IMG/VR virus record: IMGVR_UViG_3300012838_000029
Location: 1 to 42,126 of that record
Source: a virus
Lineage: Duplodnaviria > Caudoviricetes
DNA length: 42,126 nucleotides
Reading direction: 5' to 3' (one strand)
The position numbers and the translations under genes were made by a program. The notes below the pieces were generated by a model that saw nothing but the letters and a program-made list of their open reading frames with translations, did no database searches and was not told the origin of the DNA. How positions within the stretch are numbered: position 1 is the stretch's first letter; each line of letters begins with the position of its first letter. Positions 41,918-42,126 of this stretch are shown one piece after another.

Positions 41918-42126
41918 GCGCCGACTGCCCTGTAGCCCGGCCGGCCCCAGCCTTTGCCGTCGCTGGCTTCCCGATCAGCGCGGCGGACCACGATGCCGTA
42001 GCCCTTGCAATCTCTGATGATCTGGCGCTGGTCGGGTCGCTGATGAGGCTGTACCGCTTTAGCTCCATAGAGGCGACGGACTACCTGACTTTCTGCAAAA
42101 GCAGGGTGGATGGAGGTGACAAGTGA
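41914..42126 (+). CDS. Hypothetical protein
   Basis: ATG start, stop at the last base of the window. Confidence 0.45.
   Translation: MSADCPVARPAPAFAVAGFPISAADHDAVALAISDDLALVGSLMRLYRFSSIEATDYLTFCKSRVDGGDK

Larger units (their letters stand above)
1..42126. mobile_element. Temperate siphophage / prophage genome, near-complete and apparently circularly permuted
   Basis: Replication, packaging, head, tail, lysis, immunity and early modules are all present. No host housekeeping genes. The early operon at the right end would run naturally into the replication gene at the left end. Confidence 0.93.

Noticed and set aside
1-42126. CRISPR array, tRNA, rRNA, IS element or DDE transposase
   Set aside because: No regularly spaced repeats, tRNA cloverleaf with T-loop consensus, or transposase motifs seen.

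Overview
The whole 42.1-kb window is a GC-rich temperate siphophage genome with no host genes. The protein families suggest a Xanthomonadaceae host, which is an inference. Every module is present, in circularly permuted order: DUF1376/YdaU-type replication protein with an internal origin-like repeat tract; Xer-like tyrosine recombinase; Mor/C-like late activator; terminase small and large subunits; a C4-antisense-RNA/RadC/HNH insertion; portal fused to a Mu gpF-like domain; Mu-like protease/scaffold and capsid; long non-contractile tail with a -1 frameshifted chaperone and an SGNH-esterase spike; an accessory region (SRAP, and an antirepressor-like gene with a predicted antisense RNA); lysis cassette; cI/cro switch; and an early operon carrying a serine recombinase, RdgC, a second Xer-like recombinase and a GemA-like gene. 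Five features stand out. (1) Mu-like regulation and head genes occur without a DDE transposase, alongside two intact Xer-like recombinases, a serine recombinase and an IHF-site-containing structured region. (2) Four 'bridge' ORFs are translationally coupled and run across cis elements or antisense genes. (3) A predicted ~100-nt antisense RNA with a CopA/Inc-like kissing loop may control an RBS switch. (4) A 31-bp late-promoter motif occurs in three copies, plus one degenerate copy. (5) A C4 RNA switch gates a RadC/JAB-HNH cassette inserted between terL and portal. All assignments come from reading motifs by eye; no database searches or folding programs were run.
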